DNA of 64,000 nucleotides from Phoronis australis (GCA_002633005.1 NMRA01000029.1:167707-231706), one strand, 5' to 3'. Positions 44,116-59,100 are shown, numbered from the stretch's first letter. Notes: a model not told the origin generated them from the sequence alone. Numbers and translations are program-made.

Positions 44116-47100
44116 GTTTGTTATTTTCATATTTCTCAACTTCGTCTTCAAGTTCGTTGTTCGGCTACACTCTCGTTTTGCCATCGAAACGTTTTCCACA
44201 AATTTGTCAAGTGGACATAAATCAAAAGAATGGGTGCAAAAAACTTGTTGATTGTGCTATTACTAACGTAGTTGGATTCCCGTGACATATTTAGGAAGCC
44301 ACAAACGAGCTTACTGGTTATTATTTTGTCTCTTTCTTACCTAGCGCTTTCTCTTTTTCATCTGCCATCTTATACTTTCAGTTTTTCACCTAATGCTGTA
44401 GATGTAGTGAGCCGATTGCCAGTCAATGAACCAAGTGAATGATTCATTCCTCGAGTTCACAAAAATGCAAATGGCACAGTGACAAGCGAATTGTAAAAAA
44501 AGTTGAATCTTCGAGCAAATAAGTTTCTTCAAAGTACTAGATATCCGTGCAGTTAAATTCTCTGTATTATTAATTCCGCAGATAAAAGTCTTCATGCCAT
44601 CGTAATTTTGTGTGGACTTCCAACCCTGTTTAACTGTTTGTTTACAAACTAGTACACTTCAGGCTACTGGCATCCATCCTTTGGTTTTTACGACAGAAGA
44701 GTTTTTGTAAATTGCACTACATTCTGGCTGAAATATTAAAGTCGTGTTGCTATGTATACCTTTTCAGTGCATATGTATACCTTCGGAGCCAGCGGGAGTC
44801 TTTAAATCCTTCCAGCTCGAACAAATACTCTCGCAATCAACATTTTCATTTGGTTCCAGGCTACTAACTTAGGGTGCTAGTATTTGACACATCCAAAGTA
44901 CTATGCTGGTAGAAATTGTTTCTTTCTGACAATGAATGGGCATGCTTCTTAAAATTACCTAAAAAAATAGTAGATCATTTTGCGTTTTTTCTCGACCCGC
45001 CTTCAACCTAAGCTCTAGCTCGTGTCATTGAAGCCAGTTTCAAATCAATTGTATTTCATAGTGAAGACTTAATAAACATTTCTGTTTATCAAATATTAAC
45101 CATACACTAAATTCAAACACCTTTTGTGAGTTTTGGATGTGGAACAATAACAGCACGGGTAAAGCAGGGCTCGACGCTATTCAAATCGCCAGATCGCATT
45201 TTGCGACCTAGCCAAAATCCCAGGTCGCATTTTCAAAATCCAGCTCGCATTCATAAATGCCAGGTCGCAAAAATTTCCCGCCATTTTTACGCTCCAAAAT
45301 CGATTTTTTAGATTATCGAGAAAATGTTTAGATTATGCTCTTACCTGCAGCGTTAAATACTGACAAATTTCAGATCGCAAAATTGAGTTCGTTCATGCAG
45401 GTACGGTATTACTGTTCCTCTTGACGGCCATTGAAACGCCCTCAAGCGCAAGGCAAGTTGCCGACGTGAAAGTTGAATCAGTGTTCCCTAACTAACACGT
45501 GCATTCGAGTAGATACGTTTGCGATGTGAAAAGGGATAATAATACGATTTTGCGAGACAAACTCCATCGAGTATAGGGGTGACTTTCTGGATATTGTTAC
45601 CACCTACATCATACCCCTTTTTAGCCACCCGGAATAATTTTGTTTTTAATTGCCCGCTTCAGCCGGAACAAGAATGTTTCTGGTGGAGTCTGAACATTTT
45701 ACGGCGACGGTGGTCCGGGGAGCGAAAACTTGCCAGGGGAGTGTATGAAGAGAAGAATAAAAAATCGTTGACCACAATTTACCATCTAGTACCCGTTTAG
45801 TTGCAACAGCTGGCTATGGGCATAGAATATAGGGTTTAGGGAACATCGACCTCGGGAAACATCGTCACAGGAAATATCAGTTCTGGATTATATCGGTCCC
45901 GGGGAATATCGTAAAGCATCGGGTCTTTTATAACCGCTGGGAATCTATGAGTTCATTTTCAAATAAACCACTGGCACGTACCCGGGTGCTTAACAGAGCC
46001 AAGCCGGTATACTCTTTCATTTAGGACTGTAGCTGTTCTCTTTTGATTTGCAGCTTTGAAGTCCCCCACTTGAATCGCTGGAGCAGGCCTACACTTTACA
46101 TGCGCGCACCCAGCCTAAACTAAAGGAGGGGCCTCGAATTCTTCCATATGCGGACCTGTTACTGAAAAAAATCAATGAGGACCAAAAAACGGGGCCACTA
46201 GGTTCAGGCTTGCCAATCGTGCAGCTGCGCCGAATTCCTGTGGACTTTGTGAATTTTTGTCTCGTTTACTCAACGGACTTTTTGTTTCACTGAGGCGAAC
46301 TTTTTTGCCCAATTTGCCAATTCGCCCCGATCCCCCCTGGGTGCGCCCATTATTTACGCTGGCAGCAACGTGTGAAAGTCAAATCATATTTCGCGCACGT
46401 AGCCCAGAAACAAGGAGTTAGATAATTTCTTGGTAACTGAAAGTAAAGACGTGGCTGTCGCTTGGCGATTAATAGGGTTGTCATTTTCACTTTCAGTGGC
46501 AGATTTAGAGGGGGGGCCATGCCCTCCCCTAAAACTCTCCCAGATCTATTCCATTTGGCAGTTCGGAGGTGCGCCTTCTGACGGGCAAAATCCTGGCTAA
46601 TACTCTGCCCTGGCCTCCCCCCTAAATAAAAATCCTGGATCTGCCTCTGACTTAGGCTGTCATAGGCAATAAAAAACGAGACGCATATCTCTAAGTCACG
46701 ATTTTTTGCCGGGACCGCTTGCGCGCTAACAACGGGACCAAACAGTGCCGCAGTGCCGGCAATATCAGGGATGTTGTCGTGGATATTTGGTACATGTAAT
46801 AACGGCATCTTACGCAAAAAATAAACATATTTGTCCACCACAAAGTTTGATAAGTTGATCGCTTAAGAATTAGTGGAAACACCGCCGTGTTGTGACATTT
46901 TATCACGTGTTATGCAGTGGCCTGAAACTTTCCGGCCCGAATCCGGAAACTTGCAAAAGTTGCCGAAAGTGTTAGCACATGAAAGGCGTCAAAGATCGAT
47001 TCTGCATATCCCATGATCACGCGACTTGCTGACATGTACAAGTCATCGGGAAGGCTGTTCTCGGTTGGCGTTCTTTTGAACTTGGATTTGGAAACAACCA

Positions 47101-50100
47101 AATAACGATCGGATTAACAAGAGTTGCTTTACATTTGCCAGGCGTGTGTTCAGTAGACGCTAGGACCTACGCTAGGACCTAGTTAAAACCTAGTCAAAGT
47201 CACGTGTTCTAATTTAAAATGCACGGCAATATCTCACGTAAACTCGCGAAGTCTTACTTTTTAGCGAGGTAATAGTGTTACTGAACGGGAGGCACGTTTC
47301 TTCCGAGAAGTGTAAAAACTCAGCTCGCATACGTTGGAAATTCCAGGTCGCATTTAGCGACTTGATACGAGCTGACAAATATCTCAGCTCGCATTTCCAA
47401 ATTTCAGGTCGCAAATGCGACCTGCAGCTCGTTATGTCGAGCCCTGGAAGGTAAATTACGACTCTCCGTGACCTTGACCTTGGTAGCGTGAACTTTGGTG
47501 GGAGGCTACTCCACAAGCTTGAGTGTTCCCTAGCACCTCAGCTTTGCACTGCCCCCTAGTGTCAAACGTGTTCCTGGCAGTGGCAGATAAGAACTTGATT
47601 GAAGATCTGGGCAACATTGTGCCGCGCGGGAGTTTTGGTCCCAAAAATACCATAATAATCTCTGGAAATGTTTTTAAAAATATGTCCTTCATTTTCAGCC
47701 AAAAATGGGAGGAATCTCTGTAAGTGAAGATTTTCCCCATGCCATATAGGTTGTGTAGAGCGACTGTGATCGTATGCTCCTAATTGTGTTTCTTGGTGTT
47801 TGCAGAATGGCTGAACTGGTTGAACGCGAAACAGAGGCGTATTTCAAAATGGATCCAGATCCTTTTGATGACAGGCACCCGGGTATGTGTTCTGCAATGC
47901 TATGGACTTGGCTGTGGATCGAATGTTTACACGTTGCTTGTCATGTGCTGATAAAATTGACGATGAAAAATTTCCAATCTGGGACAGTAAAACATGTTTT
48001 CTCAATGTCCCTAATTTTAGAAATTGACAACAATGTAGATTCCAAGTTCAAAAATAATTGCAATTCAACCATGTGAATGTTTTTTGAAGTTTTACTTCTC
48101 ATGTAGATTTCATTCGTTGTCGTTAAGTTAATTCATGTATTTTGGTTTTGTTTGGTACTATTCAAGTGTAACTTGGAGGGAATGTGTAAGCACTTTATTG
48201 TTTTGTGTCCACTCAGCAAGCTTTTTGAGGGCCCTCTTGGAAAGCAGTGCTATCACTGAAGAGGCCACCCTCATTTTAAATATCACAATAATAAATAAAT
48301 AAATAAATTTTTCCCACTGTTTCTGTCTATCCATTGTCCCCACACCCTCATCTTTTTTCATTGAGCACAACTAAAGGAAAGTGTGACCTCCCACGCCCCC
48401 TGTTGGTAAGAATTGTGTTTGTCCTTTTGATGAGATGTTGTTCTATGAATTGGTAATTCTCTTTTATAGGCCGAGCTGATCCCACTTGTGGACTAGGTCA
48501 TTTGCTGAAGGCTGTTTTTAAAAATGACAACCTCATGACCAAGGTAAGTGAAATACCCAGTTCCAAGTGAATGTATTGCATGTAGGTAGACGTCTGATGC
48601 TCTGGTTATATGGAAAGTGTCTGTTATGGAGTGTATTTCATAGGTGCGAATGTTTTGTATCATCAATTACAAAACACATCACCTAAATGTATTCACTTTT
48701 CTTTGAAAGGCGTGTCAAGTTTAATATAATGTTCGATAATCAGCTTTTCAGTGTCCGAAGGGAATTTGATTGGCACTGGCTGACATGCAATAGTTTTCAA
48801 AACAAATATTTTCTTTTCAAAAATCAGTGAAATTTGATATGAAAATTTTTGGCTTTGTTGCTCATGAGTTTTTATTTTCCGCTTCCTTTCCTTCTAAACT
48901 TGTGCCTTGATTTTGCTCATCATCACCTGAAACACCACCCCCCTCCCCCTAGTTATTTATGTAACAGTGCATGTGGGAGGTTTTCTAAGACTCCATGTGA
49001 CCTTTGCTCATGTTACAGATGGTGGGCGCCTACTTCCTAGAGCGCACTCACCGGGAGTGCAACCGTCTACACGAGGTCACGTGTCGTCTGCTACTCGGAC
49101 TCATGCCAGGCCTTGAAGCGTCCATTGTTTTCAACGACAACGTATGTTAGCAAACAGTTTGTGCCCAAATCGTGTAGAGACATTTTGTTAATTATTTGAA
49201 AAGTATGCTGTGTGCGCGACTGTAAATGTCAATTTATTCATTAAATTTATTGTAGTCTAAGCACTCATTGCATTTAGTGATTCTGCATTTGATTGTATTT
49301 TGGTGGAAAAGTCTTGAGGAGAACTGAATTGAAGAAACTTACTTCAGCAATTTGGTCACTATTCACTGGTTGCTTTACTGCTTCTGAATAAAGTTTATCC
49401 TAATTAATTGCTAGCACATATTTAGCAAGTTTCGGTGATTCTTCGGCGGTGACGGTATGGAAACTACATATAATGACAGTGTGGCATTACTTTAATAAGA
49501 CATCAAACAAGCACGGTGCATAACACTAACACTGAGTCTCAAGGGTAACCCTTGTTACCACGTTTTGATGGTGTACACACTGAAACTCTTTTAAACCGAT
49601 TTCAAGTTTACATGAAATTTAAAATGAAAATTGGTTATCTTTTGCTTTCTTGTTTTTGTGAAACTGAATTGCAAATTGTAACATAAAATGTTATCTTAGG
49701 CAGACTTAAAGATGGTTGCAACAAAAATTTAAAGGTGTATTTTTGGGAACTTTAAATCACCAATTTTACAATGTCTTTTTTTCAGGATACAGCCATTCAG
49801 AAACTGTTCCAATGGGCGGAGACTGCCGAAGACCCGCTGAGGTCATACGCCACCGGTGTGCTGGGGGCAGCGATGGAGTGTCAGGACCTAGCTACAAACT
49901 ACAAGGAGAAAAATGCCAATTTGGTATAGTTAGAAATACCACAGCTCCCTCTGGTTTTGCTTTATTTACCCACAATGCTGTGCTTGTATAGGGATCTCCA
50001 TCCACTGTTGTACACTGTGAGCTAATCAGGACTTTGAAAGCAAATATTGGTGGTGAAGTTTTTGCTGTTGCGCGATGGTTTGCGGTACTGATTCCAAAAC

Positions 50101-53100
50101 ATTGACAAGCTTAGTGTCCCTTCCTCATATGTCTAAGCTTTTGAAAACTGGGTCAATCCTACAATCTTTATTTCTTCCTATGTAAACGAAAAGTGTTGAA
50201 TTCGCTATGTGGCTCTTGTTTTTGTTCTTGTTGGTGGACAACCTTTTGATGTAATTTGAATTGTTTTGGTGCAAACAGGTTTGAGTTTTCCAGTCTTCCA
50301 GCCTTTCCATTATGCCTGTTATCAAAATAACTAAAACTTAGAGAGTTGTTCTACAGTAGACTGAATTTTTTGTTGGTATACGTTGGAAGTGAACTGTACT
50401 CTGTGAAAAATTGTTGTCTCATTATTGATACATGGAATAGTGGACTTGTGTGTCTGTTCTGCAGATAAAGTTCATGAAAGAAAAAAATCATGTTGGCATT
50501 TGTTTCCAGGTTCCGATCATGATAAAGAGGCTGTACGCGCTCAAGAACGCCCCTCCTGAAGAGTCCAGTCAAGACAGTACTCGTGCTTTTGCTGGTGCAT
50601 CTCTCAACTTACCGCTATCTATGATGAAAGAGCAAGAAAAAACGATGGAAAAAAACAGCGTTGCCATAGAATCTGAAACGGACATAATGTCACCAACTCT
50701 GGCCAAAACCGTTGTAAGTGACACAAGTCACGCGTCTGCTTGCACGAGCACTGAGACATTTAAGACGGCTCTTGAGACGCTGTCGGGGAGTGTGGCACGC
50801 GAAACCACCAACGGTTGGCCGTCAGAAGAGGCGGGCACAACCTCGGGTGACAAGTGTTCGTCAGCTGCTGTCAGCTCTGCCCAGCTTCAGCACACTGAAA
50901 TCGATGGCTTAAATCATGGTTAGTAGTGTTTACTAGAAGTTTTTTTGGATGAAATTGGAAAGATGACTGATTTAGAAATTTGTATCAATGTCGTATGAGT
51001 AGTCACAATTTCGTTGTTCTTAATTTTTATCAAGAACTCGTACTTGTTTGTACTCTTTTGAAAATGACTAGATTGTTGGTTGGCCTGTGAGAGTGAATAA
51101 ACCGTTTCCATAACAACAGATGGATTTCCCAAAGTTTTTGTTGACAGTCGAAATTACAAACAATGCTCTTTGGTAATCAGAGATTTTTAATTCGCTATAA
51201 CGTAAAGATTAGTAAAATTGATTTATATGTATTGTGCTAAACCTGTATTGTCTTAAAACTTGCATCAAATTCAAGGGTTTTCATCTGCGGTGAAGCTGTC
51301 ATTTTTAAATGCATTGTACGACAGCTATCTGCTCTTAAACATTCATTGTCATCACTTAAAACTTTCAGGTATGTATCCAGATTTTGCATTTTAGATAGTG
51401 ACATTTAACTTAGCATGCTTAGAGAGTCTCGTTTAGAAGATTTTATAATCTACATACTTATTCAATCAATTTTAAGATTCGCTTTCAATGTCCTACTTTT
51501 CTATGATGGTTGCTTAGTCGTACTCACGTGTTGCAGTCGACCTGTGCTTTCAATTCGTGCACGCAAGTGACAAGCGTTGTTTTTCGTCATATTGTTCTCA
51601 CTTCACCAAGTTGTCTGTGATGTCATCGGATGTTTAAAAGCCAACAACCCTCCCACAATGCTTTTGGGAAACGGCACCAGTGCCGCTGATGAAATCCTCC
51701 CAATTCTGAATTGGTGATGCTTTACTCGTAATAACTACTCAACGAGAGCTGTCATACAGAATGCAATGTACAACTCTGTTGACTTAGCGTCAGTCATCTA
51801 ATGTTTTTGAAGCAAGTGTGACATCTTTGATTTATTTTGAGTAACTGTCATTTTCCTATCAGCCAATGACCGCAGTAATAGCAGCTGGGCCGAGATGGAA
51901 AAGTACGTGATCGGCTCGTATAAGTTGTCTCCCCTGTCCAACACCATGAAAGAGAGGCTGATCCTGACCTACCTGACACCTCTTGGCGAATACCAAGAAG
52001 TGAGTAATTTCTTTTTGTCCAATAGGGACCCTCAAAATGCTATTAGTGTCGCAAGTGAAGCAAGGGACGTACACGTAGAAATGTCTGCATTTAGGTAATA
52101 ACATCGGTCCCTTTTTTCATGATTGCCCAATTGACTTATCGCCAGGAGTTTGAGTGACGGCTTAACTGACCAATGGCAATGCAGTATTCTTGACACAACT
52201 TCGTTTCCAAGTTGCCATTTTACCCGATAACGAGTTGTCGGGTAATATTTATTGTTTGTTTGTCGACATTTTGCAAGGGGGCAGAGCTTGCGATAGGTCA
52301 GTTGCCGATGATCTACTTTCTACTCTCAAACAAGTTCAGACATCAAAAAGTGAAACCTTTATTCATTTCCACATGGAGAATATGTGGTTGCCCATTGGGA
52401 CATTGTTCTTCTACGAAAACATACACTCAGCTGTTACAGTAGTCTTGTTGCGTGTAATGTATATTTTTATTGGACTGTACATGTAGGTAGTGTTAAACTC
52501 GTACACCCAAAACAAATGATTAATTAAAACCATTTACTGGTTTAATTAGGTCAACCTGAAATCTCAAACTTCACTTGAAATAAATCAAGTTAGTGGCGAT
52601 GAGTCTTTCTATTGAAGCAATCAGTGGACCTGGTTTGTTCTATGGTTCTATTGTCTGTAATTTGGAACATTATTTGGACGTATGAAAAAGAACAAAAGAT
52701 TCCACTGAAGAAACGTCCTTGTTTTTGAAGTTGGGGGGGGGGGTTAATGTAGATTTTGCTAATGAATACGTATCTATTCCTGATATTTTCTCTGCGTCTG
52801 CCAATGACTTCATTTCGTGTGTCACATTTTTACTACCCACTGCATATTGTTTTAATGGGACAGTATGAACTGTTAAAAGTAAAATATACGGATTGGTGAT
52901 GAGGAAGCTGTTTTTGCCATTTAAGAACGTAAGAATAGTTTGTGCAGTCTCAAGATATTGTTCATTTCAGTCCTATATGTTTAAGATTTTTACCGTCTGA
53001 AACAGTAAATTCCAATATCAAATGTATTTTGGGGGTCCTTTTGCTTGCGTATCTCCAGGCTTCCAAAGGTTATACTTGAATATTCTACATTAAAGTCTTT

Positions 53101-56100
53101 CCATTTTGTTATTTAAAATTGTCTTGTGTTTTTCCATAGTGAAACAGAGAGAGTACCTTGCAGTAATGCTGTTTGTGAGCTATCTTGGGATGGCTAGTTA
53201 CTAATGGCATGTGAAAAGACTGACCTGATTATTTGCTGTACGATGACCTAATTATTTCCTGTACGATGACCTAATTATTTCAGTTGCTCAGCTGTGTTTT
53301 TGAACACCGTGCTATAGACCTGATATTTTTCTACATTGACCTGAAGAAGAACCGGGACGTCCGACTGGCTTTTGGCGGTCTCCGTGTAAGTTCAGTTTGA
53401 AGCAGAGCAGAAAGCGTCAAATCATGATAGAATTTGGGACATGGTTGTCTTGGGAAAGGAATTTATTTTTCATCAACCTCCAATTAGTGTTTGAGTTTTC
53501 TGTTTTTTGTTGTTATCTTCGTGAAAGCTGTTCAATATTCCACACACAATCTTTGTCAATTTTCGGACTCTTATCTTTTTCCATAACAATTGGCATTCAA
53601 TTTTTGACTTATTAATTTAAAATTTCTTGTCGTGGTTTTCAGTATAATGCTGATAAACCTCGATGCCATCTGAATAATTGTGTTATGCTATTAACACTTG
53701 TAGTATCTGGCCTCTTTACTCTGCCACAAGAAGTTTGCCGTCGAGTTCATAGCCAGCGCAGGCATACAGCGCCTCCTGGAGGTTTACCGGCCATCGGTTG
53801 CTGCCACGGGTGTCTCGCTTTGTCTTTACTACCTGGCCTACTATGAGGATGCCATGGAACGCGTGTGTCTGTTACCACAGCATGTGCTGGGTCAACTAGT
53901 CAAGTAAGGTTGTTCGGTCATAGGTTGTAGGTCAAGTCAAATTAGGACAGAAGTAAGAATCGTGTCGACTTCATGCCATAACGGAAGACAGTACTTCTGA
54001 TAAAAAGCCAGAATTTGGAATGTGTCTGCTATCTTATTTGGTGTTGTAATGTGCCTGACGCATGATTCCAGAGTTTAATTAAAAGTATTGGTCAGGTCTA
54101 GCCATGGGGCACCTGTGTCACAGAATTTTGAGTGTTTTCAGTGATGCTGATAATTTTGGAAAGTGGAAAACATCTTTTAGCCGTTATATTGTCTTAAACT
54201 TTAATTATTTTTATCGTCTAATGATTTTTGAGTTCTCGCTGTCTCTCACACCTTCACGGAGATACGATACAATCACTCCAAGTTTGTAATATAATTGCCT
54301 GAATTGCCCTTGTTCATTTCTCCAAAGTTGCTCACAATGTTGGTAATCCTCAAAATTTCTCAAAGGTTTTCTGATGGTATCTATTTAATATTCAGATCCT
54401 TAAATATCATGAAACATTTATTTGGTACTTTGGCTTTTATGAAATAAATGATAATTTCACTTGTTCGCTGTATTGTGTCCATACTATAAATGATAGGATT
54501 ATTACTCTCAATATTGCAATTTATTTTGTTTATAGTGTCCCAGGCCTCTTTGATTTGGTGACATTATACTATAAACGGTACTATTTTTTGGGATATATTG
54601 CTGTTTGTGTCTGTCTTGTCCATTATTAGATTAGTCACGTGATATAACATGTAGTCAGAAAAGCGGAGGTACACGTGAGAATCAGTTTTACTGATTTTCT
54701 AATGACAGCATCCTGTAATATGACAACACGTCGTGGCAATATGCAGATTATTTTACACGGGTTTACGTATGGGAAATGATTCGTTTTGTGACAGTTCGTG
54801 ACACTAACTGGGATAATTCCGTTGCAGCGTGATGCTCTGGATGTTGGAATGTTCACACCAGTCCGGCCGATGTCACGCTGTCATGTTCTTCAGCATGTCC
54901 TTTTCCTTCAAGGTCATTCTTGACCTCTTCGACAGGATGGACGGTCTGCGCAAACTCCTCAACACGGTGAGTGGTGACGAGAATGCCACGTGGCAGCGCT
55001 CAGTATTTCTTTAAGATTGTTGTTCTTGTTGCAAAATGGCATAAAAGCTGACGTGGTTCCATCTCCCATTTCCCAATGACTTCTTAATTTAGTTAGTTAT
55101 TTGTTAAATTAACAGAGCCAAAGGTGGAGAAAATTGGAGCTAGCAGACAATGTGCTGCACCTTAATAGAGAAGTATGCCCGTCTGCTTCATTCTGTTTGT
55201 GTCCTGGATAACTCACTTGACAGTTTGGCAGAAGATGATGACATGAGCTAGCAGACGTTGTTTCAAAGCTTGATCGTCTGCTTTTTGAGTTGAATGGCCG
55301 CTGGAGGTCATCTTTGTGATTAGCACATGTGACAGTTCAGCAGTCGATAGTGCACAAGTTGGCAGACGTTCAAGCTGCTCTGCTTCTTATCTATAAGTAC
55401 GTTTGCTTTCAGGGCCCTCACTCTGCCTGTACCTTTTGAGTGCAGAGAGGAGAATTTTTGGAGGGATATTACCCCCTTGAGAGTAATTTTTAATCATTGG
55501 AGGGGGACGTTTTGGGCGTGATGAGGGAATTTTGCTTGATTTTTCATCTCAGCATCGAGAGCCCTGGCTCTTATTTCACTTATTGTTCCAACAGATGAGC
55601 ACTCTGGAACTGATGAACGTGGAAAGCGGCAACGAGAACATGACGGAGGATGAGGAGTACACAAGCCGCCAGACGATACGACACGTCTGCATCGCACTGC
55701 GACGCTACTTTGAGGTGCACCTCGCCATAAAGGCAGATGAGCTGCGACGTTCACACTTGCGTAACGAGGGTGGACCACCTGTCATCGAGACCCCGCCCTT
55801 TAAGGTATTGTAGCTTTGACAGTTCTTTGTGTGATGTTTATCTTTCGTGGTTTCACTGGTTTTCTAATCCGGAAGCGTGTTTTTGTGTAGTCGCAGAAGT
55901 TTTCTTCTGGCATCATCTATCCACTAGCCTGTACATGATCTGTGTTTCTGTTAGCTGCTAATCACGTTTGTCACATTACATCAGTTGCTTACCTCTTTAT
56001 CTGTTGCTGTCAATCATTATTCAAACAAAAATGCAAATCGTAATAAAATGTTGGCAAATATACAAGCTTGGCCAATATTACGCTAGAGAAACTTTCATTA

Positions 56101-59100
56101 TAAGAGTCATACTGTGAAATTATGCTTAACAATGGTAAGTACCAAAAAATATGTTTTTTACTTTTGTGGTTAAAAATAGCACGTGAAAAATTAATATCGT
56201 AGGAAGTGAAAACACGTTATGAACAAATGCTTGAATTGTAATCAGTAAGCACATGATAATTTATCAACATTGTGAAATCTGATTGTTAACCAGAGATTTG
56301 GACATATTTTATCCCTTGTTTCCAGCCAATACATGTCTCTGTCGACACTGTTCTTGAGAACATGGACGTCCTACTGGATTGTCTCCCTCGCCGCAACTTC
56401 TGGTCCCCCGTTGCCGAGCTGGAACGTCTAGGCGGGATCACTCTGCTACTACAGTTGGTTGGCATGGCAACCTCATGGTCAGCATATACGGGAAAGTAAG
56501 TAGTATCTAAATGCCACCTGTTGTAGGTTTGCATTGGTTAACGTTTTGGTCTTGAGGTGATGTATCGGTCCCCTTGGCCTGTTTCAGTTGGTAAGTAATC
56601 GCTGTCCTGAATATGTCATGATCCTGTTAGTAAGAAATAAAAAGACTCAGACAAGTGAACAACAACAACCTACTCCTTGCCCATGCTGTGCAGAAGAGAA
56701 GAGAAACCATTTTTTCCTATTGTCTGAAGCAGTGTAACCCAGTGTTGTTGGAAGTCATGAGTCAGCACCTCATTGTGTTTACAGAGCCGAGTCTATCTGC
56801 TGTGCGCTCAACACTCTGGCAGTTTGTGCCACCACCTCCAGGGTGCAGCAGCTGTTCATCGTCCGCTCTTTCTTCAGCTCTGTGTCACTGCCAGGTGGCT
56901 CCACTGAATCCATCATCAGGTGAGTTTGTCATCGGCGTGCAACCATAAAACGAATTCATGAATGCCAAAAGGTACCTGTAAATCGAAAAATGAAGTGAAT
57001 TTTAATCTTTACTTGAAATGTATCCTTGTTGTCAAATACTGTAAAACTGACATAAGGCCCATTTCCGGTCAACTCGGACAAAGTTTTGTGGTAAGTTGCC
57101 TAGGTGTGTATACTGTATCTGTCAGATAGTCTAGTCTTACTTGAGTATAGTTTATTAGTCTCATTCAGCCTTGTCATAACTGATATATACGAACTATCTT
57201 TCCTACCCAGAATCCTGCTGACGGCTGCAGAGGGCGAAGCCGTCCCAGAACCCGACGTGCAGAAGTCTGCGCTGACGGTGCTTCACAACCTATTGTGCGC
57301 AGCTTCGCCTCGGGTGAGTTGACTTATAGTGTTCTGCCATTGGTGGATATTACCTTTCTGTTGGTATTGAGGACTGTTGGTCATATTGCTACACTCCAAT
57401 TAGCTGGCAGATGGTGATCAACATTGATTTGTTGTAAAGACAAAGTTGAATAAATGCAGCATTATAGAAAAAATTCAGTTTTTTGTTACAGATTTAGTAA
57501 TTATCATTTTTTGTCGTAAAAGTACTGTGGAAGTGACATCAACCTAGTTCTATGTAAACACACGTTTATGTACCTGAGGTCATGCTGCAGTTTTTGTAGT
57601 TAAACTGCAGTATGAGCCGTTGCTTCAGTTTCTGTTTATTTATTTTTGTTACCCTGCCCGGTTAAGTCTTATTTCAAAGCGGTGATTTAGATAAGGACTG
57701 CAATTACAGATCGGCGGGCGGTACATTTCCGCTGGCGACTCGCGACGAATCAACATGCAGAGTGGACAGAGCGAGGATTTCGTCACGAAAATGTGGGACG
57801 TGTTCCGCTCGGAAAACATCATTATGGTAGGTTTGGATTTGGAACTTTTGTGTACTTCATTGATGGATCCAGGAAGTGTTAGAGGGAACCTGTAGGAATG
57901 AAGGTTTGGATTTTCGTGTGTTGCTTAAATGCAATCTCGCACCCAGTGTCAAGGTCACGAGTTACTTCTTACTTTGGGTTATTGTGCCGTGGGCTCTGTT
58001 CGTTGTGCCCTAGATATGTTCAGTCGAAATGCCCAAACAGTTTTTCACTGCCTTGACTGAATGTGGTGCTCTGGATAAAATAAAGAATGTATGATATTCT
58101 TTTATTGGATGTGGTAATGTCAAATTGCTCAGTTAAAATGTCAAAGTCCAGAATCTGTAAAACTGAATTTCACTCTGTTTGGCTGACAAGAAAATGAAAA
58201 TCGAATTGTATTTTATTCTCCTAAAGCTGGTCTCATGACATTCTTACTGTGATAGGATTCCATTTCCGTTACGAACTTGTCACAGAAAATGTATCCCTAC
58301 ACCATTTTCAAATTCACAGTTTTAGGATTTGCCAACCTTGGTAAACTCCCGAGCACTTTCTTAAGACTCTTAAGTGTTTTCTTGAATCTCTCAAGCTTTT
58401 ATTGAGGTGCTGATTGTTTCAATGTTCTTGTTAGTAATTGAAATAAAATAATATGGTAAGGAATAGTATGACACCGATTTTATGAGTCAAGGGCCTTATT
58501 CGATTTCTACTTTTTTAGTCAACTGGACAGGACAAAATGCAGCTGTAAGTTCATCAGCAGTTTGTTTTAGAATTATTTATTTCCTTTCAGCTTAAAAGCT
58601 GCCTTCACATTCCGTCCTTTGTAAGTTTCATTTCCGCCTTTAGGTGCTGTTAAAACTCCTTCAAATCAAGTCTCCCATCACAGAGGCAGACGCCATCCGC
58701 GCACTCACCTGTAAGTGTCTTGTGGGCCTGGCGTGTTCGGAGCACATGCGACAGATCATGTCGAAGCTACCACTCTTCAACAATGAGCATCTTCAGCGTA
58801 AGTGTTTGATTTTGTGCTGACGTCTTGGCTGAATGTTTGATCATCTAGGCCCAGCCGAATGCATTTTAATCTCGTTTTATTAATGCATTGTTCACCACTC
58901 AGTTGTTCCGCACATAAGCCCGTGCACCTGAATTTTACTTGCAGTACAGACAGAAGTAATGAGACAAAATTCTGGTTTCTCCATCATGACGGCTAATTTT
59001 GGTAACAACATAAATTACTGGTAACAATATCGGCTGCAAATTTCTAACTACAGAATGGCTTAGCCACTTCACCAACTTTCCTGTTAATTTTTGTCATTCT

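Larger units (their letters stand above)
45165..47446. mobile_element. 2.3-kb non-autonomous hAT-like element in DCAF1 intron 1
   Basis: 11-bp TIR CAGGGCTCGAC/GTCGAGCCCTG; clusters of CAGGTCGCA/CAGCTCGCA subterminal repeats at both ends; TSD degenerate. Confidence 0.7.

Noticed and set aside
46350-46841. 163-aa ORF on the - strand
   Set aside because: Runs through a MITE inside a non-autonomous transposon; no recognisable domain.
58591-58620. 30-nt in-frame microexon candidate (TTTCAG...GTAAGT) in DCAF1 intron 15
   Set aside because: Only 23 nt separate its donor from the next acceptor, too short for an intron; no protein support.
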